A DNA stretch of 64,000 nt from contig OY968762.1 of NCBI GenBank assembly GCA_963695225.1, positions 1,280,001-1,344,000 on the forward strand, read 5' to 3'. A model generated the notes under the pieces. That model made no database searches, was not told the DNA's origin, and was given only the letters and a program-made list of their open reading frames with translations. Source of the stretch: Vulcanimicrobiota bacterium. GTDB taxonomy: Bacteria > Vulcanimicrobiota > Vulcanimicrobiia > Vulcanimicrobiales > Vulcanimicrobiaceae. Positions 20,484 to 31,672 of the stretch are shown here, piece after piece (within the stretch, counting starts at the first letter, position 1; each line of letters starts with the position of its first letter). The position numbers were made by a program, and so were the translations under genes.

Positions 20484-21410
20484 TCACTTCATGTTCGGGT
20501 CGAGCGCGTCGCGCAGCCCGTCGCCCAGATAGTTCACGGCGAGGACCGTCACCAGGATGCAGAGGCCGGGGAAGATCGCGACCCAAGGCGCGATCTGCAA
20601 GTTCGACTCCGCGTTCGCGAGCATGTTCCCCCAACTCGCCGTCGGCGGCTGGATCCCGAAACCCAAGAACGAGAGCGCGGACTCCAGCAGGATGACGTTC
20701 GCGATCTCGAGCGTCCCCTGCACGATGATCGGGGCGACGGCATTCGGGAGCAGGTGCCGGAAGATGATCCGCCCGTCGCTGTTCCCCACCGCACGCGCGG
20801 CCTCGGCGAACTCCTTTTCCCGCAAGGAAAGGAACGACGCCCTCACGAGGCGCGCGACCGGCATCCAGCTCAACCCCCCGATGATGACGACGATCGTGAG
20901 GACCCCGAGCGAGGCTTTCGAGGACGAGGCCGACACGATCGCCGTCAGGACCAAGAGCAACGGCAGGAGCGGGATCGACAAGAACACGTCGGTCAGGCGC
21001 ATGATCCAGTAGTCGACCCTGCCGCCGTAGTAGCCGGCGATCGCGCCGAGGAACGTCCCGATCGAGAGTTCCATCAAGACGGCGAACGACGCGACCATCA
21101 GCGAGATCTGGCCGCCGTACATCAACCGCGACAGCAGATCGCGGCCGTTCTCGTCGGTCCCGAGGATGTGCCCGGCGACGCCCGGGGCGAGCGGCGTACC
21201 TTGCCAATTCGTCTGATCGATCAAGTTCGGGTCGGCCGGCGCGATGAAGCGCGCGAGCGAGACGACGATCACGATCAGGGTCAGCACGACCGCGCCGGTC
21301 AGCGCGAGCTTGTGGCGCCGGAAGCGTTTCCAGACGCCGTGCCGTTCGACTTGAAATTCTTCTTCCGGCGCGGCGGGGACGGCGCCGGTCGGGAGCGTTG
21401 CGGTTGCCAT
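20484..21410 (-). CDS. oppC: Peptide ABC transporter permease (OppC/DppC)
   Basis: HILGTDENGRD, EFAEAARAVG (EAA loop), LESALSFLGFG motifs. Confidence 0.92.
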   Translation of the reverse strand: MATATLPTGAVPAAPEEEFQVERHGVWKRFRRHKLALTGAVVLTLIVIVVSLARFIAPADPNLIDQTNWQGTPLAPGVAGHILGTDENGRDLLSRLMYGGQISLMVASFAVLMELSIGTFLGAIAGYYGGRVDYWIMRLTDVFLSIPLLPLLLVLTAIVSASSSKASLGVLTIVVIIGGLSWMPVARLVRASFLSLREKEFAEAARAVGNSDGRIIFRHLLPNAVAPIIVQGTLEIANVILLESALSFLGFGIQPPTASWGNMLANAESNLQIAPWVAIFPGLCILVTVLAVNYLGDGLRDALDPNMK

Positions 21411-21414
21411 CGTC

Positions 21415-22386
21415 TCAGTCGTACGTCACGCGCGGATCGAGCCACGCGTACGCCAGATCGGCAACCAGATTGAACAGCACGACGAGGAACGAGATCATCA
21501 TCAGGTAGCCCATCAGCAACGGGAAATCTTGCTGGCCGAGCGCGTTGATGAAGAGCCGGCCCATCCCGGGCCACGCGAAGATCGATTCCGTGATCACGGC
21601 ACCCGCGACGAGCCCGGGGAGGCTCAAAGCGATCACCGTCACGACCGGGATCAGCGCGTTCTTGAGCCCGTGCCGCAAGATCACGGTCGCGCGGTCGAGC
21701 CCTTTCGCGGAGGCCGTGCGCATGTAGTCCGTCTTGATCACTTCGAGCATCGAACTGCGCGTGAAGCGGCTCCAGGTCGCGATGTACAAGAGGCTGAGCA
21801 CGACCGTCGGCAGGATCAGATGAACGAGCCGGTCACCGAGCGGGCAGGCGTCGTCGGCGCACATTCCGGCGGATGGGAGCGCGATGTGATATCCGAACGC
21901 GGTTATGCCGACGACGGCGAACGCGAGTTGCAGCATCAGCGCGAACCAGAAGACGGGCATGGACTGGCCGAAGAACGCGAACGTCGTCACGGCGTAGTCC
22001 CCGAACGAGTAGGGCCGCACCGCGGCGAAGATCCCGGCCGCGACGCCGATGAAGAGCGAGACGACGAACGCGCTCGTCATCAACAGCAGGGTCGCCGGAA
22101 GCCGGTCGAGGATCGCCCCGACGACCGTCATCGAATTCGACGTCGAGTATCCGAAATCGCCGTGCAGGACGAGCCACAGCCAGCGCGCGTAGCGGACCGG
22201 CAAAGGCTGGTCGAGTCCGAAGTTGTGCTTGAGGCGCTCGATATCGGCCGGCGTGATGTGGGGGTTCTGCAGGTAGGGTGCCAACGGGCCGCCGGGCGCA
22301 TTCGAGAGGATCCAGTACAGGATCATCGAGATGAACAGGAGCAGCGGAACCGCCTGTAAGCTCCTGCGAATGACGTACGTGAACAG
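21415..22386 (-). CDS. oppB: Peptide ABC transporter permease (OppB/DppB), probable CTG start
   Basis: (M)FTYVIRRSLQAVPLL N-terminus in frame upstream of the track start; DYMRTASAKGL, TESIFAWPGMG, LDPRV motifs. Confidence 0.9.
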   Translation of the reverse strand: MFTYVIRRSLQAVPLLLFISMILYWILSNAPGGPLAPYLQNPHITPADIERLKHNFGLDQPLPVRYARWLWLVLHGDFGYSTSNSMTVVGAILDRLPATLLLMTSAFVVSLFIGVAAGIFAAVRPYSFGDYAVTTFAFFGQSMPVFWFALMLQLAFAVVGITAFGYHIALPSAGMCADDACPLGDRLVHLILPTVVLSLLYIATWSRFTRSSMLEVIKTDYMRTASAKGLDRATVILRHGLKNALIPVVTVIALSLPGLVAGAVITESIFAWPGMGRLFINALGQQDFPLLMGYLMMISFLVVLFNLVADLAYAWLDPRVTYD

Positions 22387-22454
22387 GTTGCGATGCCTCC
22401 GGGCTGCAGAACGGAATCCCCTACGGCAGCCCTCAGGGGAATCCTGTGACGCGC

Positions 22455-23276
22455 CTAGCGCGCGGGGATCGGCAAGCCGAGCAGGCGGCGGGCCTCTCCC
22501 GGCGTCGCGACGGGGCGGCCGAGTTCGCCCGCGAGGCGGACGACGCGGGCGACCAACTCCTCGTTCGTCGCGAGCCGCCCCTTAGAATAGTAGATGTTGT
22601 CCTCGAGCCCGACCCGGACGTGCCCGCCCATCGCGAGCGCCGCCATCGCGAGCGTGAGTTGCATCGGCCCGATCCCGGCGACCGACCACGTGCAACCTGC
22701 CGGAAGGTCCCGCACTAGGCCGGCGAGGTGCTCGACGGAGGCGTCGAGTCCGCCGGGGACGCCGAGGACGAAAGCGACGTGCTGCGGGAACGAGACGAGG
22801 CCTTCCCGCGCCAGCCGCTTCGCGTTCGAGAGATGCCCCGCGTCGAAGATCTCGAGCTCCGGCCGGACGCCGTGGAGTCGCATCCGCGCGAGCATCGCGC
22901 GCATCAGCGGGAAGCCGTTCTCGAAGATCTCGTCGCCGAAGTTGACGGTCCCGCAGGTCAAGGTCGCCATCTCCGGGCGGAGTTCGAGCGGCGCCGCGCG
23001 TTCCTCGAACGTCATCCCGATCGAGCCTCCGGTCGAGAACTGGACGATCAGATCGCTCTCGCGCCGGATCGCTTCGAACGCCTCGCGAAACCTCGCGACC
23101 TCGTGCGTGTTCGTTCCGTCGTCGCGACGGCAGTGGACGTGGATCAGCGAAGCGCCCGCCGCGCGAACGCGTTTCGCCGTCTCGCCCAAGAGCGCGGGCG
23201 TATACGGCAGATGCGGCACGCGCTCGAGCGTCAACTCGGCGCCGACCGGGGCGACCGTAACGATCAACGGTTCCAT
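22455..23276 (-). CDS. 3-keto-5-aminohexanoate cleavage enzyme (BKACE/DUF849 family)
   Basis: HVHCR, STGG, PELEIFD, HVRVGLEDN motifs. Confidence 0.9.
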   Translation of the reverse strand: MEPLIVTVAPVGAELTLERVPHLPYTPALLGETAKRVRAAGASLIHVHCRRDDGTNTHEVARFREAFEAIRRESDLIVQFSTGGSIGMTFEERAAPLELRPEMATLTCGTVNFGDEIFENGFPLMRAMLARMRLHGVRPELEIFDAGHLSNAKRLAREGLVSFPQHVAFVLGVPGGLDASVEHLAGLVRDLPAGCTWSVAGIGPMQLTLAMAALAMGGHVRVGLEDNIYYSKGRLATNEELVARVVRLAGELGRPVATPGEARRLLGLPIPAR

Positions 23277-23306
23277 GGAAGCTCGCTTCGACGCTCGGGC
23301 CCGCGC

Positions 23307-23870
23307 TCAGCCCCCGCCGAAGTAATGGTGTGCGGCGAAGAACAGGCCGGTGAGGATCAACACCACGCCGGCGAACGTTCCCGCTTGCGCCTCGACGCGG
23401 GAGCCGAGAAGCTTCCCGAACGCCAATCCCGCCGTCGTCGAAAGGAGCGAGACGAGCGCGATCGCGCCGAGCGTGATCGGAAGCGGAACGCCGATGTAGA
23501 CGATCGAGAATCCTATCCCGAGCGAATCGAGGCTGATCGAGAGAGCGGCGAGGAACAAGCCCCAGCCCTTCGAGAGGTCGAACCCCGCTTCGTCCGTTTC
23601 CCGCAGCGTCTCGACGATCATGTAGATCCCGACGCCGACGAGTGCGGCATACCCCAGATACCCCGCGATCTCTCCGAGCAGCCTCCCCGCAGCCGCGCCG
23701 AGCAACACGCCGATCAACGACATTCCCACCTCGGCGCACGCGAACGCGAGCCCTATGCGGATCTTCTGGGGCAGCGGCACGCCGCGAACTCCGACGCCGA
23801 TCGAAACGGCGAAGACATCGAGCCCGAGGGAGAGCGCGACGAGGGCGACTTTGAGCGCGGCGGAGTACAC
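23307..23870 (-). CDS. MntP-family manganese efflux membrane protein
   Basis: Two repeats, ALSLGLDVFAV and ALSISLDSLGIG; hydrophobic throughout. Confidence 0.82.
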   Translation of the reverse strand: MYSAALKVALVALSLGLDVFAVSIGVGVRGVPLPQKIRIGLAFACAEVGMSLIGVLLGAAAGRLLGEIAGYLGYAALVGVGIYMIVETLRETDEAGFDLSKGWGLFLAALSISLDSLGIGFSIVYIGVPLPITLGAIALVSLLSTTAGLAFGKLLGSRVEAQAGTFAGVVLILTGLFFAAHHYFGGG

Positions 23871-23881
23871 GAGGCCCCCCC

Positions 23882-24307
23882 TTACGCCAAGAAGCGGCCG
23901 ACCTCCGTCCGGCGTTCCGCCCCGCCGATCAGCCGCCCGACCGTGCGCCGCAATACGCTCATCGAAAACGGTTTGCACAAGAAGGCTTCGATGCCCGCGG
24001 CGCGCGCGCGCATCCCGTCGTCGAGAGCGACGTGCCCCGAGATCATGAGCACCGGCGTCGCGCGCGCGCCGCTCTCGCGCAGCCGCTCGACGAATTCGAC
24101 GCCGCACAGCCCGGGGAGCCCGTAGTCGGAGACGATCAGATCGAAGCGCTCCCCCGTTTCGAGCAACTCCAGCGCGGCTTCCGCGTCGGGGACGACGGTA
24201 ACGGCGGCGGCTGGGCGCAACACGAGCGCCAGCAAAGCGCCGATGTCGGGGTCGTCCTCCGCGACCAGCACCCGGATCGCCGCATGCTGCGTATTAGGTG
24301 CGTCCAT
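23882..24307 (-). CDS. Single-domain response regulator
   Basis: VAEDD, SDYGLPG, ISG, KPF motifs. Confidence 0.87.
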   Translation of the reverse strand: MDAPNTQHAAIRVLVAEDDPDIGALLALVLRPAAAVTVVPDAEAALELLETGERFDLIVSDYGLPGLCGVEFVERLRESGARATPVLMISGHVALDDGMRARAAGIEAFLCKPFSMSVLRRTVGRLIGGAERRTEVGRFLA

Positions 24308-24417
24308 CACCTCGAAATTGAGGCGGATCGCTCGCCCGCTCCTACGCCGAACGCGCTCCGGCGCGTAAAGAATCCGTTGCAGAGGCCGCCGTCGCAAGCC
24401 GTCGAAGCGAAAAACCG

Positions 24418-25311
24418 ATGTCCGTCATCGATCGTTTGCTCGCCCCCGAGTCGTCCTTCCAGAGCCGCTTCTTCTTTCTCGCGAAGCGCTTCGTTCCGGG
24501 CGAGACGATCGCAGCGGCACTCGACGCCGTGCGCGAGTTGAACGCGCAAGGCCAGACCGCGACGCTCGACTTCCTCGGCGAGGACGTGCTGGACCGCGCG
24601 CTCGCGACCCGCACGAAGAACACGTATCTCGAGATGCTCGATGCGATCGAGCGCAGCGGCCTCACAACGAACGTCTCGGTCAAGCTGACCGCGATGGGCC
24701 TGATGATCGATGAGGATTTCGCGCTGGCGAACCTCCGCGAGATCGTGGCGCGTGCGGCTTCGCTCGCCGACCCGTTCGTGCGCATCGACATGGAGGGTAG
24801 TGCGGTCACGGACGCGACGCTCCGCCTCTTCGAGCGGATGTTCGCCGAGCGCCGGAACGTCGGGCCCGTTATCCAGGCCCTTCTGCGGCGCTCTCCCGGC
24901 GACGTGGAGCGCGCGATCGCGCTCGGGGCACGCGTCCGCCTGTGCAAGGGCGCGTACAACGAGCCGCCGCAGATCGCGCACCCGCACATGGCGACGATCC
25001 GGCGCGAGTATCTGCGCATGGCGGAGGCGCTCCTCGAGCGCGGGAACCATCCGGGGATCGCGACCCACGACGAGCGCGTTATCGACGCCGTCAAAGCGTT
25101 CACGACGGAGCGCTGGATCTCTCCGCAGAGCTTCGAGTTCCAAATGCTGTACGGCGTGCGCCCCGAGAAGCAGCGAGAACTCGTGCGCGAAGGCTACCGC
25201 GTGCGAATTTACGTGCCGTTCGGCACGCACTGGGCGGGCTATTTCTACCGGCGCGTCGCGGAGCGCAAAGAGAACGCGTTCTTCGCGCTCACGTCGCTCG
25301 TCCGCAAGTAG
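24418..25311 (+). CDS. Monofunctional proline dehydrogenase
   Basis: LDFLGE, SVKLT, IDME, RLCKGAY, ATHD, FQMLYG, YFYRRVAER motifs. Confidence 0.93.
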   Translation: MSVIDRLLAPESSFQSRFFFLAKRFVPGETIAAALDAVRELNAQGQTATLDFLGEDVLDRALATRTKNTYLEMLDAIERSGLTTNVSVKLTAMGLMIDEDFALANLREIVARAASLADPFVRIDMEGSAVTDATLRLFERMFAERRNVGPVIQALLRRSPGDVERAIALGARVRLCKGAYNEPPQIAHPHMATIRREYLRMAEALLERGNHPGIATHDERVIDAVKAFTTERWISPQSFEFQMLYGVRPEKQRELVREGYRVRIYVPFGTHWAGYFYRRVAERKENAFFALTSLVRK

Positions 25312-25318
25312 GCTACGT

Positions 25319-25894
25319 CTACGCGAGCTCGTCGTAGCGGAAGCAGCCGGCGCGATGATCGTTTACCATGCCGGTCGCCTGCATGAACGCATAGACGATC
25401 GTCGATCCGACGAAGCGGAAACCGCGCGCGCGGAGATCCCGGCTGAGCCGGTCGGAGCGCTCGGTCGTTGCGGGCAGTTCGTCGTGCTGCTTCCACGCGT
25501 TCCGAATCGGCGCGCCGTCGACGAACCGCCACACGTACGCATCGAAGGAACCGAACTCCGCTTGCACTTCGAGATACCGCTTCGCATTCTCGACCGAGGC
25601 GGCGATCTTCAAACGGTTGCGGACGATGCCGGGATCCACGACGAGCGCCGCGACGTCGGCTGCCCCGAAGCGGGCGACGAGGCGCGGGTCGAAGCCCGCG
25701 TACACCTCCCGGTAGCGGGCCCGCTTGGCGAGGATCGTTTCCCAACTGAGGCCCGCCTGCGCGCCTTCGAGGATCAGGAATTCGAAGAGCGCCCGGTCGT
25801 CGTGGAGCGGGACGCCCCATTCCTCATCGTGGTAGGGGATCGAGAGCGCCGACCTCGCCCAGTCGCAGCGGGGGAGTCCCGATTCCCGGCCCAT
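25319..25894 (-). CDS. tag: DNA-3-methyladenine glycosylase I
   Basis: RCDW, YHDEEWG, EGAQAGLSW, VRNRLKI, NDH...C motifs. Confidence 0.94.
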   Translation of the reverse strand: MGRESGLPRCDWARSALSIPYHDEEWGVPLHDDRALFEFLILEGAQAGLSWETILAKRARYREVYAGFDPRLVARFGAADVAALVVDPGIVRNRLKIAASVENAKRYLEVQAEFGSFDAYVWRFVDGAPIRNAWKQHDELPATTERSDRLSRDLRARGFRFVGSTIVYAFMQATGMVNDHRAGCFRYDELA

Positions 25895-26267
25895 CAGGGG
25901 TTCGGGCGTCCGATTTCGCGCATTCGGCCGTTTTCAAGCTCGGGCGCGCCGGCCCCGGCACGGGGATGACCCGGCGGGGCTAGCGGCCCGCCGCCGGCGA
26001 GCAATTCAAGGGGACGGAGCGCGAACTTTCCCGGCCGAACCGCACTCAAAACGGTTGTGTCCCAGATCTCTCGCAGCAAACGCCTATAGCATTGAGAGGC
26101 AAAACAAGAGTATGATGGATGAGCCAGACCTAAATTCTCTTGTTGCCGCGCGTAACGCGTAACGAACGTCCAATTGGGCAAGTACGTTAATAAGTGGCAG
26201 GCGTACAAGAGCCCTCTCCCTTGAGGCGAGCGGCGAAGCCTGGCACCCCCCAGGAAGGCCCCCCAAC

Positions 26268-26603
26268 ATGTCAACAATCAAACGCAAGTCCGGAGGCGGT
26301 ATGACTGTCCGCGAAGCAGGCCAAAAAGGCGGCGAGACCGTCAAGCGGAAGTACGGACCCGAATTCTACGAACAGATCGGCCGCAAGGGCGGTCAAGCGA
26401 CGAAACTCGCGCACGGCCATGCCTTCTACGAAGAAATCGGGAAGAAGGGCGGCAAGAAAGGCGGCGAGGCGACTCGCGACCGTTACGGCCCGACATTCTA
26501 CGAGGAGATCGGCCAAAAGGGCGGACAGAAAGTGAAAGCCCTCATCGAAGCCGGTAAGAAAGCTGCGGCCGCGATCCGCGAAACCGAGAAAAAAGCCTCG
26601 TAA
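26268..26603 (+). CDS. KGG-repeat general stress protein (GsiB/Em-like hydrophilin)
   Basis: Repeated FYE.IG.KGG units; CAGGAAGG ribosome-binding site. Confidence 0.9.
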   Translation: MSTIKRKSGGGMTVREAGQKGGETVKRKYGPEFYEQIGRKGGQATKLAHGHAFYEEIGKKGGKKGGEATRDRYGPTFYEEIGQKGGQKVKALIEAGKKAAAAIRETEKKAS

Positions 26604-27305
26604 GTGACCGACCCCCGCGTGGCGGCGGGGGTCGCGTGCTGCGCTCTTTCGGCAGGGCTCGCCCTGGCCGGGACAGGCGCGTTCGCGCTCTCGCCGCCCC
26701 AACCACTGCGTGGAAGTCCGAGCCCGACGGCAAGCCCGCCGCCTAGCAGCAGTTCGGTCATGGCGGCTGGGACCTTGCTCGATCTCGTCCTCGACGAGGC
26801 CATCGATTCACGCTCGACGCCGGCCGGGACGCTCGTCAAAGTGCATCTCGAAAAGCCGCTCGAAGTCGGCGGGATCGTGCTTGCCGCTGCCGGGGCGCCC
26901 GGGAATCTCAAGGTCGTCGCCGCACGCAAGGCGGACGCGCCCGACCACGACGGATCCCTCGAAATCTACCTCGAACCGTTCCCGCTGGCCGGGCATGGGC
27001 TTCTGCCGTTGCGGGCAGTGGCGGAGTTCTTGACGGTCGAGGCGGGCGCCGGTCGGAAGGCGCGCGATCTCACGCTCCCGGCGGGCTCGATCGTCCGAGC
27101 GCGGACCGGCGCGACGATCGATGCCACGAACCCGGCGGCGATCGCCATCATCATGCCTGCGCCGTTCGTGACGAACACGGATCCGATCCATTCGGATTTC
27201 ACGCCGATTCCGCTCTTCACGTTCGCGCCCGCGCCGCCGAAGCGCCCAAGACCGAGCCCCTCGCCGAGTCCCTCGGCAAGCGCGACTCCGCCGGCCGCGA
27301 GTTAG
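26604..27305 (+). CDS. Hypothetical secreted protein with Pro/Ser-rich termini
   Basis: Signal peptide-like N-terminus, beta-rich core, PSPS tail; GTG directly after the upstream stop. Confidence 0.7.
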   Translation: MTDPRVAAGVACCALSAGLALAGTGAFALSPPQPLRGSPSPTASPPPSSSSVMAAGTLLDLVLDEAIDSRSTPAGTLVKVHLEKPLEVGGIVLAAAGAPGNLKVVAARKADAPDHDGSLEIYLEPFPLAGHGLLPLRAVAEFLTVEAGAGRKARDLTLPAGSIVRARTGATIDATNPAAIAIIMPAPFVTNTDPIHSDFTPIPLFTFAPAPPKRPRPSPSPSPSASATPPAAS

Positions 27306-27325
27306 CGCTCGGGGATCCGTTCGAG

Positions 27326-28495
<1,170 letters not shown>

Positions 28496-28506
28496 GATGC
28501 TGGTCC

Positions 28507-30339
28507 TCACCTCCTTTCCGAGCCGGGCCCTGGGGCCGGCCGAGTTCCCAAACGTTTTCGAGCAGCAAGCTCTACCCTTTCGACAAGCCGACGCAATTCG
28601 TCTTTTTCTTCGTCGGGCACCGGCTCGCCGCTCGCAAACCGCCTTTCGATCCGTGCGTCGAGTTCTTGCTTCCGGCGCAGATCCTCCGCCTCGGCCAAGG
28701 TCTCGACGATCCGATCCAAGTGCACCCGCCGCGAGGCCGAGTCCACGAATCTGATCGAGCGCGTACGATCTGCTTTCTGCAACCCGGCCAAGGCTTGGAT
28801 CGCTGCAACGTCGTCGCCGAAGGGCGCGAAGACATCCGAGGAGGTCCGCAGGGCTTCGGCGTGCTGGAGCAGCCGCTCGTAGAGCGCACGCAGCGACTCA
28901 TCCTTGAACGCCGAGAGCGGGATGCGCTCCGCATATTCCGCCAGCAGGGCCGGTTCTTCGAGGATCGTCGTCAGCACGTCCCGGTCCAAGCGCATCGGCT
29001 CCGCCGCCGGAGCGCTGCGCACGAAACGCGGCGCCCCCGGTTCGCGCGGCTGAAAGTTCGCACGGTTCGCCATGAAACGGGTGGCGCGCAGGTCGTCGAC
29101 CGAGAGGCCGAGCCGGTTCGCCGCGTAGACGCGCCACTTGTCCCACTCTTCGCGAGGAAGCGATTGCACGAGCGTTTCGGCCTCTCGCGCGATCGCGCTC
29201 GCACCGACGAAGCGCGTGCGGATCTGCGCGATCCTCCGCTCGAGTTGGAACTCCATCCACGGAACCGCCGCGTCGAGCCTGGCTTGGAACGCAGCAGAAC
29301 CGTGCCCCCGTACGAAGCTGTCGGGATCCTCGCCCGGCGGCAGGTCCACGATCCGCGGGCTGCAACGGGCCGCGACGAGCAGTTCGATCGACTTCGCGGT
29401 CGCCGCGCTCCCCGCCGCATCCGCATCGAAGCAGACGAAGACGTGCTCCGCGTGCTTGCGCAGTTCCGCGGCCTGCTCGGCCGTGAACGCGGTCCCAAGC
29501 GAGGCGACCGCGTTCGTGAAACCGGCTTGATGCAGCGCGATGCAATCGAGATAGCCTTCGACGACGATCAGCGACCCGCGCTGCGCCGCCCCGCGGCGCG
29601 CGCGTTCGAGCGCGAAGAGCCCGCGCCCCTTCGTGTAGACGGGCGTCGTGCTCGTGTTCAGATACTTCGGCTCCGAGCCGTCGAGCGCGCGCGCGCCGAA
29701 CGCGACGACTTCGCCGGTCGTCGCGTGCGTCGGGATCATGAGGCGACCGCGGTAGAAATCGTAATAGCCGCGCTGACCCTGCTTGACGAGCCCCGCGCGG
29801 GCCGCTAGCGCAAGATCGATGCCGTTTGCCGTCAACTCGCCGACGAGCGCATCCCAGCGGTCCGGCGAGTAACCGAGCCGGAACGACTCGATCGTCGCGG
29901 CGGTAAGGCCGCGCTCCGCGCAATACGCGCGGGCTCCGGCCGCTTCCGGCGAGAGCATCAACGTGCGGTTGAAGAACGCCGCCGCCAGTTCGTTCGCCTC
30001 GTAGATCGCCTCCTTCTCCGTGCGCGCGCGCGCCGTGGCGGGCGTCTCCGCCTCGACCTCGACGCCGGCTCGCCGCGCGAGCTCGCGCACGGCCTCCGGG
30101 AACGTGAGGTTCTCGAGCTTCTGAAAGAACGTGATGACGTCGCCGCCGGCGCCGCACCCGAAGCACTTGAAGAAGCCCCGATCGGGGTGGACGTGAAACG
30201 ACGGCGTCCTCTCCCCGTGGAACGGGCAGAGCCCGACGAGATCGTTCCCGCGTTTGCGCAGCGCGACGTAGCCCCCGATGAAGGTGCCGATGTCGATCCG
30301 CGAGCGAACCTCGCGCGTGACGTCTTGGTCGAACCGCAC
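28507..30339 (-). CDS. dnaG: DNA primase
   Basis: CPFH...CFGC zinc finger, PKYLN, EGYLD, FDADAAG, DPD motifs. Confidence 0.96.
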   Translation of the reverse strand: MRFDQDVTREVRSRIDIGTFIGGYVALRKRGNDLVGLCPFHGERTPSFHVHPDRGFFKCFGCGAGGDVITFFQKLENLTFPEAVRELARRAGVEVEAETPATARARTEKEAIYEANELAAAFFNRTLMLSPEAAGARAYCAERGLTAATIESFRLGYSPDRWDALVGELTANGIDLALAARAGLVKQGQRGYYDFYRGRLMIPTHATTGEVVAFGARALDGSEPKYLNTSTTPVYTKGRGLFALERARRGAAQRGSLIVVEGYLDCIALHQAGFTNAVASLGTAFTAEQAAELRKHAEHVFVCFDADAAGSAATAKSIELLVAARCSPRIVDLPPGEDPDSFVRGHGSAAFQARLDAAVPWMEFQLERRIAQIRTRFVGASAIAREAETLVQSLPREEWDKWRVYAANRLGLSVDDLRATRFMANRANFQPREPGAPRFVRSAPAAEPMRLDRDVLTTILEEPALLAEYAERIPLSAFKDESLRALYERLLQHAEALRTSSDVFAPFGDDVAAIQALAGLQKADRTRSIRFVDSASRRVHLDRIVETLAEAEDLRRKQELDARIERRFASGEPVPDEEKDELRRLVERVELAARKRLGTRPAPGPGSERR

Positions 30340-30522
30340 CCCGCCCGGATTCGCGCAGCCCCCGCAACGCGCCCGCCGCCTTCGAGACGCTCGCCCTTCC
30401 ACGCGCTGAGGTGAGAATAGTTGCTAGCCCCGAGCGAAGCGAGCTCGATCGAAGGATGAACTCGAGGGAGAGCGTCCCACGCGGAAGGGATCGGGCTGCG
30501 GAGACGAGGACGGGAACGTGCG

Positions 30523-30540
30523 ATGAAACGCATCTTCGAC
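30523..30540 (+). other. Native 5' end (MKRIFD) of the HD-domain gene, coinciding with attL
   Basis: ATG AAA CGC ATC TTC GAC after a purine-rich GAGGACGGGAA tract; joins in frame to CCG GTC CAT CAT at 33018. Confidence 0.8.
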
Positions 30541-30593
30541 GCGTTTCACGAGGCCCGTGGGACGGGCGTTAGTTGGTCGTCGCCTGCCCTCCG

Positions 30594-30608
30594 GTCACGT
30601 TTTGGGCA
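30594..30608 (+). repeat. GTCACGTTTTGGGCA copy 1 (putative integrase arm-type site)
   Basis: Identical 15-mer at 32861-32875; overlaps the integrase stop codon. Confidence 0.75.
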
Positions 30609-31290
30609 CGGCTCGGGCCGCGGCGATGACGGCTTCGAGCACATCGCTCGCGTTCGCGTGCGCCGTGCTCGCGAGGTGGCTGTAGACGCCCATCATCGTC
30701 ACGATGCTGCTGTGCCCGGCGAGCGACTGCACGGCGTTCGCGGGGACGCCTGCCCCGGCGAGCGCGGAGACGAAGCCGTCGCAGCGAGTGGAAGCCAAAC
30801 CGCCCGAACCCAGCGCGCTTCGCCACCGAGCGGTACTGATATCCGAACCTCGCCGGAATCCAATGCCTCCCCATCGCGGGTCCACACAGACGAGACCCTC
30901 GCGGTTCCATCCCTCGCCCATGTGCTCGCGGACCAGGTCCTGCTCGATGCGCCAGGCCGCGAGCGCGGATCGGGCGCTCATCGGCAAGACGACGACCCTG
31001 GACTTCCCGCTCTTCGGCAGCTTCACGGTCGTCTCGAACCTCGACTGTTCGAGCGCCCGCCGAACCTTGACGACGCCTGTTTGCAGGTCGATGTCGGACC
31101 ACTTCATGGCGACGACTTCTCCGCGTCGAAGACCGCCGTACGCCGCCAGGATGATGCCTCCAAAGACGCTCGATCCGCGCATCGCGTCGACGAGCGCCAC
31201 AAGTTCCCCGGTTTCCGGGCACGGCATCTCGCGGGGCTTGAATCGCGGCGGATCGACGGCGAGCATCGAGTTCGTCGCGATCAACCGCTT
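30595..31290 (-). pseudogene. Tyrosine integrase, catalytic domain only, frameshifted
   Basis: GLRRGEV (R), PKSGKSR (K), GHS and VYSH (Y) in one frame; FHSLR (HxxR) only in another frame; N-terminal domains absent; 5' limit approximate. Confidence 0.85.
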
Positions 31291-31672
31291 CCGCGCGGAA
31301 CACGGTCGGTGGCCCGGCAGGCAACTCGAAGAAAGCCCGCCACGTCGTGCTTCCTCGGGCATCGCGCAGGGGACTGTTGGTTCTATCCGGGCGGGAAGCC
31401 GTGGCTGAAGCCAAAGTCACCCTTCGTGTCTATGGAAGTAAGACGGAGGCGGCCTTTCCAGCCGAGATGACGCGCGTAATTAGTTCCAACGACGCCTAAA
31501 CCCAACCTAGGACGTTTGTTCTATGAAGCAAGGGGAGACGGTGCTCTGTTCCAAAGTGCATCGGAGTAGACTTCGCGGTGGCGGACTGGCAGTTCGCCGT
31601 CAAATGGCGCTCGCGGGAGACGTTTATGAAAGAACAACGCTGGGTTCTGCTCGGGTCGATCCACATAATCTA

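Noticed and set aside
25901..25920. AAATCGGACGCCCG upstream of tag, identical to part of the S53 box
   Set aside because: Only one GGACG half-site and no TAnnnT at the 8-nt position; likely coincidence.
30523..31470. 315-aa plus-strand ORF starting MKRIFD
   Set aside because: Only the first six codons are the real HD gene start; the rest is antisense to the integrase remnant.
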